Shown here: positions 1 through 8,553 of the stretch, in pieces | Layout of the letters: each line of letters opens with the position of its first letter | Numbering within the stretch: position 1 is the stretch's first letter | Origin: Deltaproteobacteria bacterium | GTDB lineage: Bacteria; Desulfobacterota; Binatia; Binatales; Binataceae | Length of the DNA: 64,000 nt | Assembly: GCA_021780755.1 (NCBI GenBank) | Contig: JAJXYF010000014.1 | Coordinates: forward strand, 31,888-95,887 | Direction: 5' to 3' | Position numbers and translations under genes: made by a program | Notes under the pieces: model-generated | The model's input: only the letters and a program-made list of their open reading frames with translations | Database searches by the model: none | What the model was told of the DNA's origin: nothing

Positions 1-1
1 G

Positions 2-607
2 CTTTATGCCGACCTCATCGGCCATTGGAAGAAACGCAACGCGTCGGCGCTCGCCGAGGTCGATCCCGCCAACCTCGATCGCCAGCAACTGGGCGAGTTG
101 CTCCGTGAATACGCGGGCGGCGCGTGGGCCGATCGGTTGAACGAATACAAGCTGGTGCCCGAGGGCGAGGCGGCGGCCGCGGCGTGGGCGGCGCGGGGTG
201 CGGCGGTGATCGATGACTACGCCGCGTGCGGCCTCGCGCAGGGGCGCGACATCCGCGATTTGTTCACGCGCAATTTCTATTTCGGCTGCGAGGCCGACGA
301 TCCGGCCAACGCGTGGGGCTTCAACGCGAAGGTCAATCCCTACGGCGCCAGGCTCAAGACGCTGTTCGGCTCCGACATCGGCCATTTCGACGTGCCCGAC
401 ATGCGTGCGGTGCTGGGCGAGGCGCATGAACTGGTTGACGACGGACTGATCACGCGCGACGACTTCCGCGACTTCGTCTTCACCTGGCCGGTGGAATTCT
501 GGGGCGGCACGAATCCGGACTTCTTCAAAGGCACCGCGGTCGAGGGCGCGGCGCGCAAACTGATCGGGACGATTGCGGACGGCGAAGTGATGGTCAGCCC
601 GCGTTAG
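2..607 (+). CDS. amidohydrolase-2 family metal-dependent hydrolase, C-terminal portion (5-prime end lies outside window)
   Basis: Frame is open from the window edge with no upstream stop. C-terminal LFGSDIGHFDV-type motif is typical of TIM-barrel amidohydrolase_2 proteins. Stop at 605-607. Confidence 0.45.
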   Translation, partial: LYADLIGHWKKRNASALAEVDPANLDRQQLGELLREYAGGAWADRLNEYKLVPEGEAAAAAWAARGAAVIDDYAACGLAQGRDIRDLFTRNFYFGCEADDPANAWGFNAKVNPYGARLKTLFGSDIGHFDVPDMRAVLGEAHELVDDGLITRDDFRDFVFTWPVEFWGGTNPDFFKGTAVEGAARKLIGTIADGEVMVSPR

Positions 608-648
608 TCGCCGGGTTGGGCGCTTCGCGTTGGACGAAGGGGGCAGGG

Positions 649-2010
649 TCAGGAAATCCGCGGCGAAGCGAGCGGCAGGGTCACGACGAATTCGCAGCCG
701 CCGCGATCGCGATTGGTGGCGGTGATGGTGCCGTGATGCAGCCGCGCGATTTCGCGGCAGAGACTCAGCCCGAGACCGTGGCCGGATTCGGCGCGCGCTT
801 TGCCGCGAAAGAAGCGATCGAAGATGAAGGGGAGGTCGGCGGGCGGGATGCCCGGGCCGCTATCGGCAACGCGCAGGATGGCGTGAGCGTCGCGCGCGGT
901 GACGCCGATACTGACCTGCCCATGCGCGGGCGTGAATTTGATCGCGTTGTCGAGCAGATTGATGACGAGCCGCTTCAAGTGGAGCGGATTGCAATCGATC
1001 ACGACGGCGCCGGCGGTCTCGACCGCGAGCGTGAGTTGCTTCGCCTGCACCAGTGGTTCGACCGCCTCGACGACTTCGTGAACCAGCGCGGCGAGGTCCA
1101 TGCGCTCGCGATCCAGCGCCGCCTCCTGATCGAGCCGGGCAAGCGTGAGCAACCGATCGGCGATCGTACACAGGGCGACGACTTCGGCGAGCGCCGCCGC
1201 CAGCGCTTCGGCATACGCGACAGGCGATCGATCGTGAGCGAGCGCGACTTCGAGGCCGGTGCGCAACACGGCGAGCGGGGTGCGCAATTCGTGGGCGGCG
1301 TCGGCGGCGAAGCGGCGCTCGGTGTCGGTGGCGCGTTCGACGCGTTCGAGCAGCGCGTTGATGGCGCGGGTGAGGCGTGCGACCTCGTCGTTGATCGGGC
1401 CGGGGTCGAGGCGCCGGCTTAAATCACGCGGGTCGATGCGGGAGAGTTCGCCGGCCAGCGCGATCATCGGGACCAAGGCGCGGCCCGCGATCAGATAGCC
1501 GCCGGAAACGGCGACGATCAGAATCAGCGGCAGGATGAGCAGGAGGCTCGCGCGCAGCTTCGCGATGGATTTACGGATCGCGATCGCGTCAACGCCGTCT
1601 TCCAGAATGGCGGCGGCGCCCGCGAGCTGGAACGGGACGATCGCGAAGCGCAATTGCCCGCGCGCACCGTCGCGGACGCCGCGTTGAGGATGAACCGCGT
1701 CAAGCCGGGGCAAGTCCCCGGCGGTGTCGCCAAAGTCGGCGATGACGCGATCGCCGCTGACGATCCTGACGCGCCGGTGCGGTCCGAGATCGCGTTCGTC
1801 ACTGAGGTGGCGCACGATCGAATAGCCGGCGGCGCCCGGGCCGAGCCCGCTGATGGCGGTGGTGGCAGTGTCCGCTTCTTCAAGCAGGGCGGCGTCGAGC
1901 GCGCCCCATTGTTGACGCTCGAAAAGCAGGAAGACGGCGAGGCCGGCGACGATCAACAACGCGGCGATGATCAGCGCCCAGTAAATCGTGAGTCGGAGGC
2001 GGATGCTCAT
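649..2010 (-). CDS. sensor histidine kinase, CusS/CopS-like heavy-metal sensor architecture (TM-periplasmic-TM-HAMP-HisKA-HATPase)
   Basis: Two TM segments flank a periplasmic domain of about 130 aa. H-box AAHELRTPLAVL, N/G boxes (LLDNAIKFT, DSGPGIPPADLPFIFDRFFRG). Stop is 43 bp downstream of the regulator gene on the same strand. Confidence 0.9.
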   Translation of the reverse strand: MSIRLRLTIYWALIIAALLIVAGLAVFLLFERQQWGALDAALLEEADTATTAISGLGPGAAGYSIVRHLSDERDLGPHRRVRIVSGDRVIADFGDTAGDLPRLDAVHPQRGVRDGARGQLRFAIVPFQLAGAAAILEDGVDAIAIRKSIAKLRASLLLILPLILIVAVSGGYLIAGRALVPMIALAGELSRIDPRDLSRRLDPGPINDEVARLTRAINALLERVERATDTERRFAADAAHELRTPLAVLRTGLEVALAHDRSPVAYAEALAAALAEVVALCTIADRLLTLARLDQEAALDRERMDLAALVHEVVEAVEPLVQAKQLTLAVETAGAVVIDCNPLHLKRLVINLLDNAIKFTPAHGQVSIGVTARDAHAILRVADSGPGIPPADLPFIFDRFFRGKARAESGHGLGLSLCREIARLHHGTITATNRDRGGCEFVVTLPLASPRIS

Positions 2011-2052
2011 GCGAGGTTGTACGGCGACTTTCGAGAGCGGTGTATGGCGGTG

Positions 2053-2733
2053 CTAATGCGAGCGGATCGAATAGCCGACGCCGCGCACGGTGGCGATCGG
2101 CGAGTCGCCGGGGCCATCGCTGATTTTCTGGCGGAGGCGGTTGATGAAGACTTCGATGAGGTTGGTGAAGTCGTTGTAGCCTGTGCCCCACACGACTTCG
2201 GCGATCATGTCGCGGGTGACGGGCTGGCCGGCGTTGCGCATCAGCAGTTCGAGCAGGATAGCTTCCTTGGGCGAGAGCGCGAGGTCGCGGCCGTCGCGCA
2301 AGGCGCGCCGCCGCACGGTATCGAATTCGAGGCCGCCGGCCTTGAGCGTCGATTGAGTGCCGATGGTGCGGCGGCGAATCAACGCGCGCAGGCGTGCGAG
2401 TAACTCGGCGAAGGCGAACGGCTTGGTCAGGTAATCGTCGGCGCCGCTGTCCAATCCGATGACGCGATCGTCGAGCGAGCCGCGTGCGGTCAGCGCCAGC
2501 ACCGGAGTTGGGTTGCCGGCCGCGCGAATTTCGCGCAGGAAATCGATGCCGTCCTTTCCCGGGAGCCGCAAGTCGAGCACGATCGCGTCGAAGACCTGGT
2601 CCGCGAGGAGCCGCTCGGCGTGCTCGGCGCGGTCGGCGCAGGTAATCGTAAAGCCGTCTTCGGCGAGTCCGAGCCGCAGGCTTTTGCGCAGTTCGGCTTC
2701 GTCTTCAACGATGAGTAATCGCACGTCGCGCAT
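2053..2733 (-). CDS. OmpR-family response regulator, heavy-metal (CusR/CopR-like) subtype
   Basis: Receiver domain (LIVEDE...D...LPGKDG...K) plus winged-helix. C-terminal LTKPFAFAELLARLRALIRRR closely matches the CusR/CopR signature recalled from E. coli CusR. Confidence 0.9.
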   Translation of the reverse strand: MRDVRLLIVEDEAELRKSLRLGLAEDGFTITCADRAEHAERLLADQVFDAIVLDLRLPGKDGIDFLREIRAAGNPTPVLALTARGSLDDRVIGLDSGADDYLTKPFAFAELLARLRALIRRRTIGTQSTLKAGGLEFDTVRRRALRDGRDLALSPKEAILLELLMRNAGQPVTRDMIAEVVWGTGYNDFTNLIEVFINRLRQKISDGPGDSPIATVRGVGYSIRSH

Positions 2734-2856
2734 GGGGTGGTTGGCGGCGGTATCGCCGTCGATGAGCGAGACCCGACAACTATTGTGATGGAGGCGGGTG
2801 GATGCGGAAAGAGGGCATCGGAGCGGCTCCGGGTCTCGCCGGTACGCTTGAGGCCG

Positions 2857-3513
2857 CTAAATGATCAGCGAGAGCAGGCCGGCGGCAATCAGGGCGACGG
2901 CCCAGATGGTATCGAGGTTGATCCACGCGCTGCGCAGGATTTGCAGGCCGATCCACTGGTAAACCGCGATCGCGACGGAGCCCATCACCAGCAGCATCGC
3001 ACCCGTGTGGACGAGCACGACCGCGATCGCCTGGATCAGGCCGAGATGGCCGTGGGCGGCGATGGTGGGCATGTGGTGATGATGCATCGCGGGCATCCCG
3101 GCGGCGCCCGCCGGCATGTCCATCAGGATGGGAAAGAGCATCAGGCCGGCGCCGTGAGCGGAGGCCATCAGGAAGGACCAGACCGCGAGGTCGCGTGCAT
3201 TGACGCGCATCGCGACCCACCGCGGATGCGCCTGCGGGCGCCATAGGCGGAAGAGTCCGAACGCAATCAAGGCGGTCGCGCCGAGCGGACGCAGGATCCA
3301 GAGGCCACTCGCCATCGCACCCGCGATTAGCGCGACGGCAAGGCCGACCGAAACCAGGTGGCCCGCCGCGATCGGCAGCAAGGCCTCGAAGACCTTGCCG
3401 CGTCGGCGCTCCTGCAGTCCGAGGGCGACGGCGAACAGCCAGCCCATCGACGGGTCGATGCCATGGTACGCGCCGAGGAACGCGACCGCGAGCCACGGCC
3501 ATGCGCCGGTCAC
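2857..3513 (-). CDS. polytopic membrane protein with Met/His-rich loop (MPAGAAGMPAMHHHHMPTIAAHGH); possible metal (Cu) handling
   Basis: About 6 hydrophobic helices. Probable GTG start at 3513..3511 overlapping the TGA of the upstream SBP56 gene (GTGA overlap), suggesting translational coupling. The longer track ORF (to 3687) would overlap the SBP56 CDS and is rejected. Confidence 0.55.
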   Translation of the reverse strand: MTGAWPWLAVAFLGAYHGIDPSMGWLFAVALGLQERRRGKVFEALLPIAAGHLVSVGLAVALIAGAMASGLWILRPLGATALIAFGLFRLWRPQAHPRWVAMRVNARDLAVWSFLMASAHGAGLMLFPILMDMPAGAAGMPAMHHHHMPTIAAHGHLGLIQAIAVVLVHTGAMLLVMGSVAIAVYQWIGLQILRSAWINLDTIWAVALIAAGLLSLII

Positions 3514-4901
3514 GGATAGCAGTAGGAGTCCGAGGAGGAGTCGCCACCCTCGAGGCGCAGTTGATGCGGGCGTTCGCCGGTAAATGGGATGAAGAAGTCG
3601 GGGTCGATGGTCATCGTGCCGTTGGGGGCGACGTTGACCAGCGAAATCCATCCGCGGATGCCCTCGGGGTAGAACGCTTTGTCCCACGCGCCGTATAGCG
3701 AATTGGTGACGTAGATGCGGCGGCCGTCGCGGCTGATCTCGAGCATCTGGGTGCCGCCGTTGAGCGCGCCGGCCTTGGGATGCGGGGCGTGGGTAACGAC
3801 GCCGCCGAAGCGCACGGCGCCGGTGAACTTCGGTTTGAAGGGATCGCTCACGTCGTACTGGCGTAATTCGCCGGTGCCGAAACAGGCCGCGTAAAGATAC
3901 CTGTCGTCGGTGCTGAGCGCGATCTCGGTGACCAGCGGCGGCACCGCCTTGAAGGCCTTGAGCGCCGGCGGCAGCAGCGCCGGGTCAGCGGGCTCCGCGG
4001 GAATGTCGATGACCTTGCGGACGTCCCAATCGCCCTTGTCGCGATGCCACATCCAGATCGACGCGGACAGGTCCTTGGTCGAAATCACCACGCAGACAAA
4101 GCCATAGGGTCGCGTGGGGTCATGCGCGGGGCGCAATTCGAGCACGAGTTGATGTTCCGCGCCGAGGTCCCAGGCCTTCAGATGGCGCCGGCGGCGGAGG
4201 TCCCATAGATGCAGGTGATGGCCGTACTTGCCCTGCACGAGCAGGTCAAGGTCGGGACCGGCCTCGATCATGTTGGGGGTGCCCCATTCGCTGGTGATGG
4301 CGACGTCGTAGCCGAGGTGCCACCAGAAATCGTAGCCGAGGAATTGCGGGCCGCGATCGACCTCCCAGCGGCCCAGCACGTCGAAGCTCTCATGGTCGAG
4401 CAGGAAGATGCCGCCCGGGCCGCCGCCTTGGGCATTGCCGAGGGCGCTCACGTAAATCGCATCGGGGCCGCAGTGAATCGTATGCGGCCGGCTGTAACCG
4501 GTGCGCGCCGCGATCTCCTCCGCTTCGATCACCTTGACGATCTTGGGATTGCGCGGATCGGGCTTGGTATCGATGATGTGGAGGCGCGACGATCGCAAAC
4601 CGGGCGCCAGCAGGTAGCGCCGCTCGACGTGCGGATGCGGTGCGTATGGGCAGAGCGCCGCGCTGCAGGCGTTCCAGCCGAAATGATGAATTTCATCGCC
4701 CACCCCCGGCATCTCAACGCGCCCCACGACCTGGCTGTAGCTCGACGATTGGGGATCGGTATCGATCACGCACATCGCGTCGTGCTTGCCGTTGGACGGA
4801 TCGGGATTGAAGACGCCGGCGTAGGCGAGCTTTTCGCGCGGACCTTCCGCAGCCATGCGGGGCGACGGATAAAAAGTCGGATCGGGTTTCCACAACGCCA
4901 T
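3510..4901 (-). CDS. selenium-binding protein 56 (SBP56) family protein / methanethiol oxidase-like, no signal peptide
   Basis: 464 aa from ATG 4901..4899 preceded by GGGAGG 8 nt upstream. N-terminus MALWKPDPTFYPSP and length match the SBP56 family. The track ORF's 116-aa N-terminal extension lacks an SD and family similarity. Confidence 0.8.
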   Translation of the reverse strand: MALWKPDPTFYPSPRMAAEGPREKLAYAGVFNPDPSNGKHDAMCVIDTDPQSSSYSQVVGRVEMPGVGDEIHHFGWNACSAALCPYAPHPHVERRYLLAPGLRSSRLHIIDTKPDPRNPKIVKVIEAEEIAARTGYSRPHTIHCGPDAIYVSALGNAQGGGPGGIFLLDHESFDVLGRWEVDRGPQFLGYDFWWHLGYDVAITSEWGTPNMIEAGPDLDLLVQGKYGHHLHLWDLRRRRHLKAWDLGAEHQLVLELRPAHDPTRPYGFVCVVISTKDLSASIWMWHRDKGDWDVRKVIDIPAEPADPALLPPALKAFKAVPPLVTEIALSTDDRYLYAACFGTGELRQYDVSDPFKPKFTGAVRFGGVVTHAPHPKAGALNGGTQMLEISRDGRRIYVTNSLYGAWDKAFYPEGIRGWISLVNVAPNGTMTIDPDFFIPFTGERPHQLRLEGGDSSSDSYCYP

Positions 4902-5160
4902 CTGGGATAACCTCCCACGTGCGAATTTGACGCCACGATAATGTTCTCGGCGTGCTCGTTCAATCCATACTCGGCCCCGCACGTCATTGCGAGCCGGCGT
5001 TATCGCGCCACGCGATTCGCCTTGCAATTTTGCCCGCGAGTATGGTGACGTGCGGCACAGCCTGCGGGCATCGATGAGTCGCTGCGGTGATTGAATGATC
5101 GAACGAGCGCATCTGACCAGACTCCGGTGGCACGGGGAGTCACTTCGACGGAGGTGAGCG

Positions 5161-5586
5161 ATGGAGGGAACCCGTAACCTGACGGCCTTGGCCGGACGAA
5201 TTCTGCTCGCGCTGATTTTCGTCCTGTCGGGCTTCGGCAAGCTGACCAATCTCGCGGGGACCGCCGGCTACATGGAGCACGCGGGAATGCCGCATGCGCT
5301 GGTGTATCCGGGGCTGCTCGCGAGCATCGCGGTGGAACTCGGGTTCGGCTTGCTGTTGATGATCGGATTCCGCGCGCGGATCGTCGCGCTGGTGATGTTC
5401 CTGTGGTTTATCCCGGTGACGATCCTGTTCCACTTCCTGCCCTGGCGCGAAGCCGTGGCCAGCGGCGACAAGATGGGCGCGATGATGCAGCAGATCAATT
5501 ACATGAAGAATATTTCGATCATGGGCGGGCTGCTGATGGTGGTGAGCTTCGGTGCGGGCGCATGGAGCGTTGACGGCGGAAAATAA
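5161..5586 (+). CDS. DoxX family membrane protein
   Basis: 141 aa, 4 TM helices, typical DoxX length and pattern. SD GGAGGTGA upstream. Divergent from the SBP56 gene. Confidence 0.75.
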   Translation: MEGTRNLTALAGRILLALIFVLSGFGKLTNLAGTAGYMEHAGMPHALVYPGLLASIAVELGFGLLLMIGFRARIVALVMFLWFIPVTILFHFLPWREAVASGDKMGAMMQQINYMKNISIMGGLLMVVSFGAGAWSVDGGK

Positions 5587-5672
5587 TCGGTGCTCAAGGA
5601 AAAAGGCGCGACGGAGCCTACGAAAGGCCTTCGCCGCGCCGGTTCAATCAACGCGAACTTCGATGGGCGAAA

Positions 5673-6005
5673 TTAGTTCGTGGCGGCCTGTCCGGTCGCG
5701 CCCTTGACCATCGTCTGCAGTTCGCCGGTCTCGTAAAGCTCGCGCACGATGTCGCAGCCGCCGACGAACTTGCCGTCGATATAGACCTGCGGAATCGTCG
5801 GCCAGTTGCTGTACGCCTTGACCTGGTCGCGCACCTCGGGATCCGACAGCACGTCCATCGTCTCGTAGGGCGCGCCCAGTTGCTCGAAGATCTGCACCGT
5901 CGCCGCGGAAAATCCGCATTGCGGAAAATTGCGGTTGCCCTTCATGAAGATCATGACTTTGTTGCCGGCAATCGCCGACTTAATCCGGTCAAGCGCGTTC
6001 GCCAT
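5673..6005 (-). CDS. grxD: Grx4-family monothiol glutaredoxin
   Basis: CGFS active-site motif (PQCGFS), 110 aa, KGxxxxPxCGFS...WPTIPQ...GG(C)D signature. Confidence 0.9.
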   Translation of the reverse strand: MANALDRIKSAIAGNKVMIFMKGNRNFPQCGFSAATVQIFEQLGAPYETMDVLSDPEVRDQVKAYSNWPTIPQVYIDGKFVGGCDIVRELYETGELQTMVKGATGQAATN

Positions 6006-6013
6006 CGTAAACT

Positions 6014-6259
6014 CTACCTCCGATTCTGATATTGGGCCGGCGTCAGAGTCTTGAGCTGCAGCGCATGCACCCGCGCGCGCATCGCGTCGCCCAAGGTCGC
6101 GTAAACCACCTGATGTCGTTCGACCAGCCCCTTGCCCTCGAACTTGTCGCTCACCACCAGCGCCTCGAAATGGTCGCCGCCGCCGGTGGTGTCCTGCACC
6201 TCGACATGCGCGCCGGGCAGGCCGCGTTCGATCATCTGTTGCAATTCCGTCGGGTCCAT
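6014..6259 (-). CDS. BolA family protein
   Basis: 81 aa, BolA-like pattern (GGGDHFEALVVSDKF...H). Sits immediately upstream of grxD in the classic BolA-Grx pairing. Confidence 0.8.
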   Translation of the reverse strand: MDPTELQQMIERGLPGAHVEVQDTTGGGDHFEALVVSDKFEGKGLVERHQVVYATLGDAMRARVHALQLKTLTPAQYQNRR

Positions 6260-6326
6260 CGTCCGCCTATTCTAGCGATTCCGTACCGGCAATTTCCACT
6301 GGTCGCGATCGGATCGGGCGTCGGCG

Positions 6327-7466
6327 TCAGACCTGCTCGAAAACCGTCGTGATTCCCTGCCCGATCCCGATACACATGCTCGCGACCCCCAGCGCTACGC
6401 CCCGGCGAATCATCTCATGCACCAGCGTCACCGTCAGCCGCGCGCCCGAACATCCCAGCGGATGGCCGATGGCGACCGCACCGCCGTTGACGTTGAGCTT
6501 TTCCTCATCGATGCGGATGTCGGTATTGCATGCGAGCACCTGGGCCGCGAACGCCTCGTTGATTTCCCATAGCCCGATGTCGGCAGGCTTCAGACCGGCG
6601 CGGGTGAGCGCCTTGTGCGACGCCGGCACCGGACCCCATCCCATGATTTCGGGCCGGACGCCGGCCACCGCGGTCGCCCGAATCCGTACCTTCGGCTTCA
6701 GCCCGAGCGCCTTTGCGCGATCGGCACTCATGAGCAGGACGGCCGCGGCGCCGTCGCTGATTTGCGATGAATTCCCGGCGGTTACCTGGCCGCTCGGGAT
6801 GAACGACGGTTTCAGCGCCGCCAGCTTTTCGATCGTGGTCTCGGCGCGGGGGCCCTGGTCAATGTCAACGGTGGGGCCGCCCGGCAGCGCGATCGGCACG
6901 ATCTCCTGCTTGAAACGATCGCGCGCGGCGACCGCCCGCTGATTCGAGCGGAGCGCGAACGCGTCGGACTGCGCGCGGGTAATCCCATGCATCCCGGCAA
7001 GGCGCTCGGCTGTCATGCCCATGATGTACATCTCAGGCGGATACATCGTCAGCAGCTTCGGATTCGGATTCACACCGGCGCCCATCGGCACGTGCGACAT
7101 GTTCTCGACCCCGCCCGCGATTACGACTTCGCCGGCGCCGCACATGATTTCCTGCGCGCCGAAGTTCACCGCCTGCAAGCTGGACCCGCATTGGCGATCG
7201 ACCGTGGTGCCGGCGACTTCCACCGGCAATCCGGCAAGCAACGCGATCATCCGCCCGAGGTTGAGGCTCTGCTCGCCCGACTGGTTCGCGCAACCCCAGA
7301 CCACGTCCTCGATTTCGGCGGGGTTGAGCGCCGGGCTGCGCTCGAGCAGGCGCTTGATGCACGCGACTGCGAGGTCGTCGCCGCGCACGTCCTTGTAGTA
7401 GGCCTGATCGCGACCCGCGCGGCCAATCGGCGTTCTGATGGCGTCAACGATTACAACTTCACGCAT
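6327..7466 (-). CDS. acetyl-CoA C-acyltransferase (thiolase)
   Basis: Thiolase N- and C-terminal signatures (VDRQCGSS, NxxGGAxAxGHPxGxSG, C-terminal GxGxG). ATG 7466..7464 with GGGAGG 8 nt upstream; the track ORF's N-terminal extension is rejected. Confidence 0.9.
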   Translation of the reverse strand: MREVVIVDAIRTPIGRAGRDQAYYKDVRGDDLAVACIKRLLERSPALNPAEIEDVVWGCANQSGEQSLNLGRMIALLAGLPVEVAGTTVDRQCGSSLQAVNFGAQEIMCGAGEVVIAGGVENMSHVPMGAGVNPNPKLLTMYPPEMYIMGMTAERLAGMHGITRAQSDAFALRSNQRAVAARDRFKQEIVPIALPGGPTVDIDQGPRAETTIEKLAALKPSFIPSGQVTAGNSSQISDGAAAVLLMSADRAKALGLKPKVRIRATAVAGVRPEIMGWGPVPASHKALTRAGLKPADIGLWEINEAFAAQVLACNTDIRIDEEKLNVNGGAVAIGHPLGCSGARLTVTLVHEMIRRGVALGVASMCIGIGQGITTVFEQV

Positions 7467-7611
7467 TTCTGGAACCTCCCGATTCGCGCGCACCTGCGCC
7501 CCGACGAATGATCCAGTCTGATCATAACCATCCCGTTTCGCCCCGCACAAAGGCCTGCATTGTCTGGAACCGCGAGTGCTCGCGCAGGGGCGCCCTGCTG
7601 GCGGCGCGAGA

Positions 7612-7893
7612 TTACGCCACGAGCAACTTGATTATCGGGCGCGAACGAGTTGCCTTGGCAAAACGCAGGAGAGTCTTGACGCTGGGCAGTTGCGCGCCGC
7701 TTTCGAGGCGTGCGATCACGGATTGCGAGGTCCCCATCCGCACTGCGAGTTCGCACTGGGTCAGGCCCGCGCGGGTGCGCGCCGCGATCAATTCACGGGC
7801 AAGGTTAAACTCCTCCTCCAGCGCGTCGTAGGCGTCGCGGACTTCGCGATCCGACAGCATCTTCCGCTTGAGAACTTCCAGCCGTTTGCTCAT
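7612..7893 (-). CDS. XRE-family HTH antitoxin (HigA-like)
   Basis: 93 aa with HTH (GLTQCELAVRMGTSQSVIARLESG). ATG overlaps the stop of the upstream toxin-like ORF by 4 nt (ATGA). Confidence 0.8.
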   Translation of the reverse strand: MSKRLEVLKRKMLSDREVRDAYDALEEEFNLARELIAARTRAGLTQCELAVRMGTSQSVIARLESGAQLPSVKTLLRFAKATRSRPIIKLLVA

Positions 7894-8219
7894 GTCGCGG
7901 TCTCCCTCAGCCGCTTGAGCGCGAGTTCGATCGCGCGCGGCGGCGTCCTCCCCGTCTTCTTCACGAACGCGTGCAAAACGAGTAGCCGCTTCCCGGCCAA
8001 TGCCGTGTATAGCGCCCGGCCGATACCGGCTTTACCGTTGAACCTCATCTCTCAAAGCTTGTCGCCGAGCGGCCCCGTATGCGGCATCCCGACCTGATGC
8101 GGTCCGAAGGCCTCCAACAGTTCCGCTACACGAAGAAATCGAGCTTGCATGTCCTTTGGCAGCGCGAGCAGTTCCTTCTGCACCGCCTGGTTGAGAATAT
8201 CAACGGTCCATTCCGCCAC
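7890..8219 (-). pseudogene. RelE/ParE-superfamily toxin, Gp49-like (HigB-like), interrupted by in-frame TGA at 8054..8052
   Basis: Translation VAEWTVDILNQAVQKELLALPKDMQARFLRVAELLEAFGPHQVGMPHTGPLGDKL*EMRFNGKAGIGRALYTALAGKRLLVLHAFVKKTGRTPPRAIELALKRLRETAT matches the Gp49/HigB-like pattern (...GxPHxxxLGDGL[W/Y]ELR...LLLHxFxKKTxKTP). The stop replaces the conserved aromatic residue. GTG start at 8219. Confidence 0.6.
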
Positions 8220-8553
8220 GTCGCATCATAGCATTTTTGCGATAGTGAAAGAAATCGCGCGGCCCTCGACAGCCGTCAGAATGCACAACAATTAGGCGTT
8301 CGCGAACCGCGAAATCTGGAATCCAACTCGAGACGTGCCATACTGATAGAAGGGCTCCTGACGCGCCTCAAGATTCACCGACGCGCCTTAAGACTCTTCG
8401 TCCGGACCCGCGAGGAGCGCAAAAACTTTTTTTTTCGATATCAACAGAACTTGCCATACCAAGCCCAGCCGTACTGGCTATAAACACGAGGCGCGGCCAA
8501 GGAGCGGATACAGCGATACAATCCGCAACGAAAATGTCCGTTGAAGGACGCAC

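Noticed and set aside
2857-3687. Longer 276-aa version of the Met/His-rich membrane protein
   Set aside because: It would overlap the 3-prime 178 bp of the SBP56 CDS in another frame. The GTG at 3513 overlapping the SBP56 stop gives a cleaner coupled start, with the first TM helix starting immediately.
3510-5249. 579-aa version of the SBP56 ORF with a 116-aa Arg-rich N-terminal extension
   Set aside because: SBP56 proteins begin at the MALWKPDPTFYPSP-like motif. A GGGAGG SD precedes ATG 4901. The extension has no similarity to the family and a skewed composition.
8052-8054. In-frame TGA in the toxin gene as a selenocysteine codon (an SBP56 gene is nearby)
   Set aside because: The position aligns with a conserved Trp/Tyr, not Cys/Sec. 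No SECIS-like hairpin is evident immediately downstream. No selA/selB/selD in the window. A nonsense mutation or sequencing error is far more likely.
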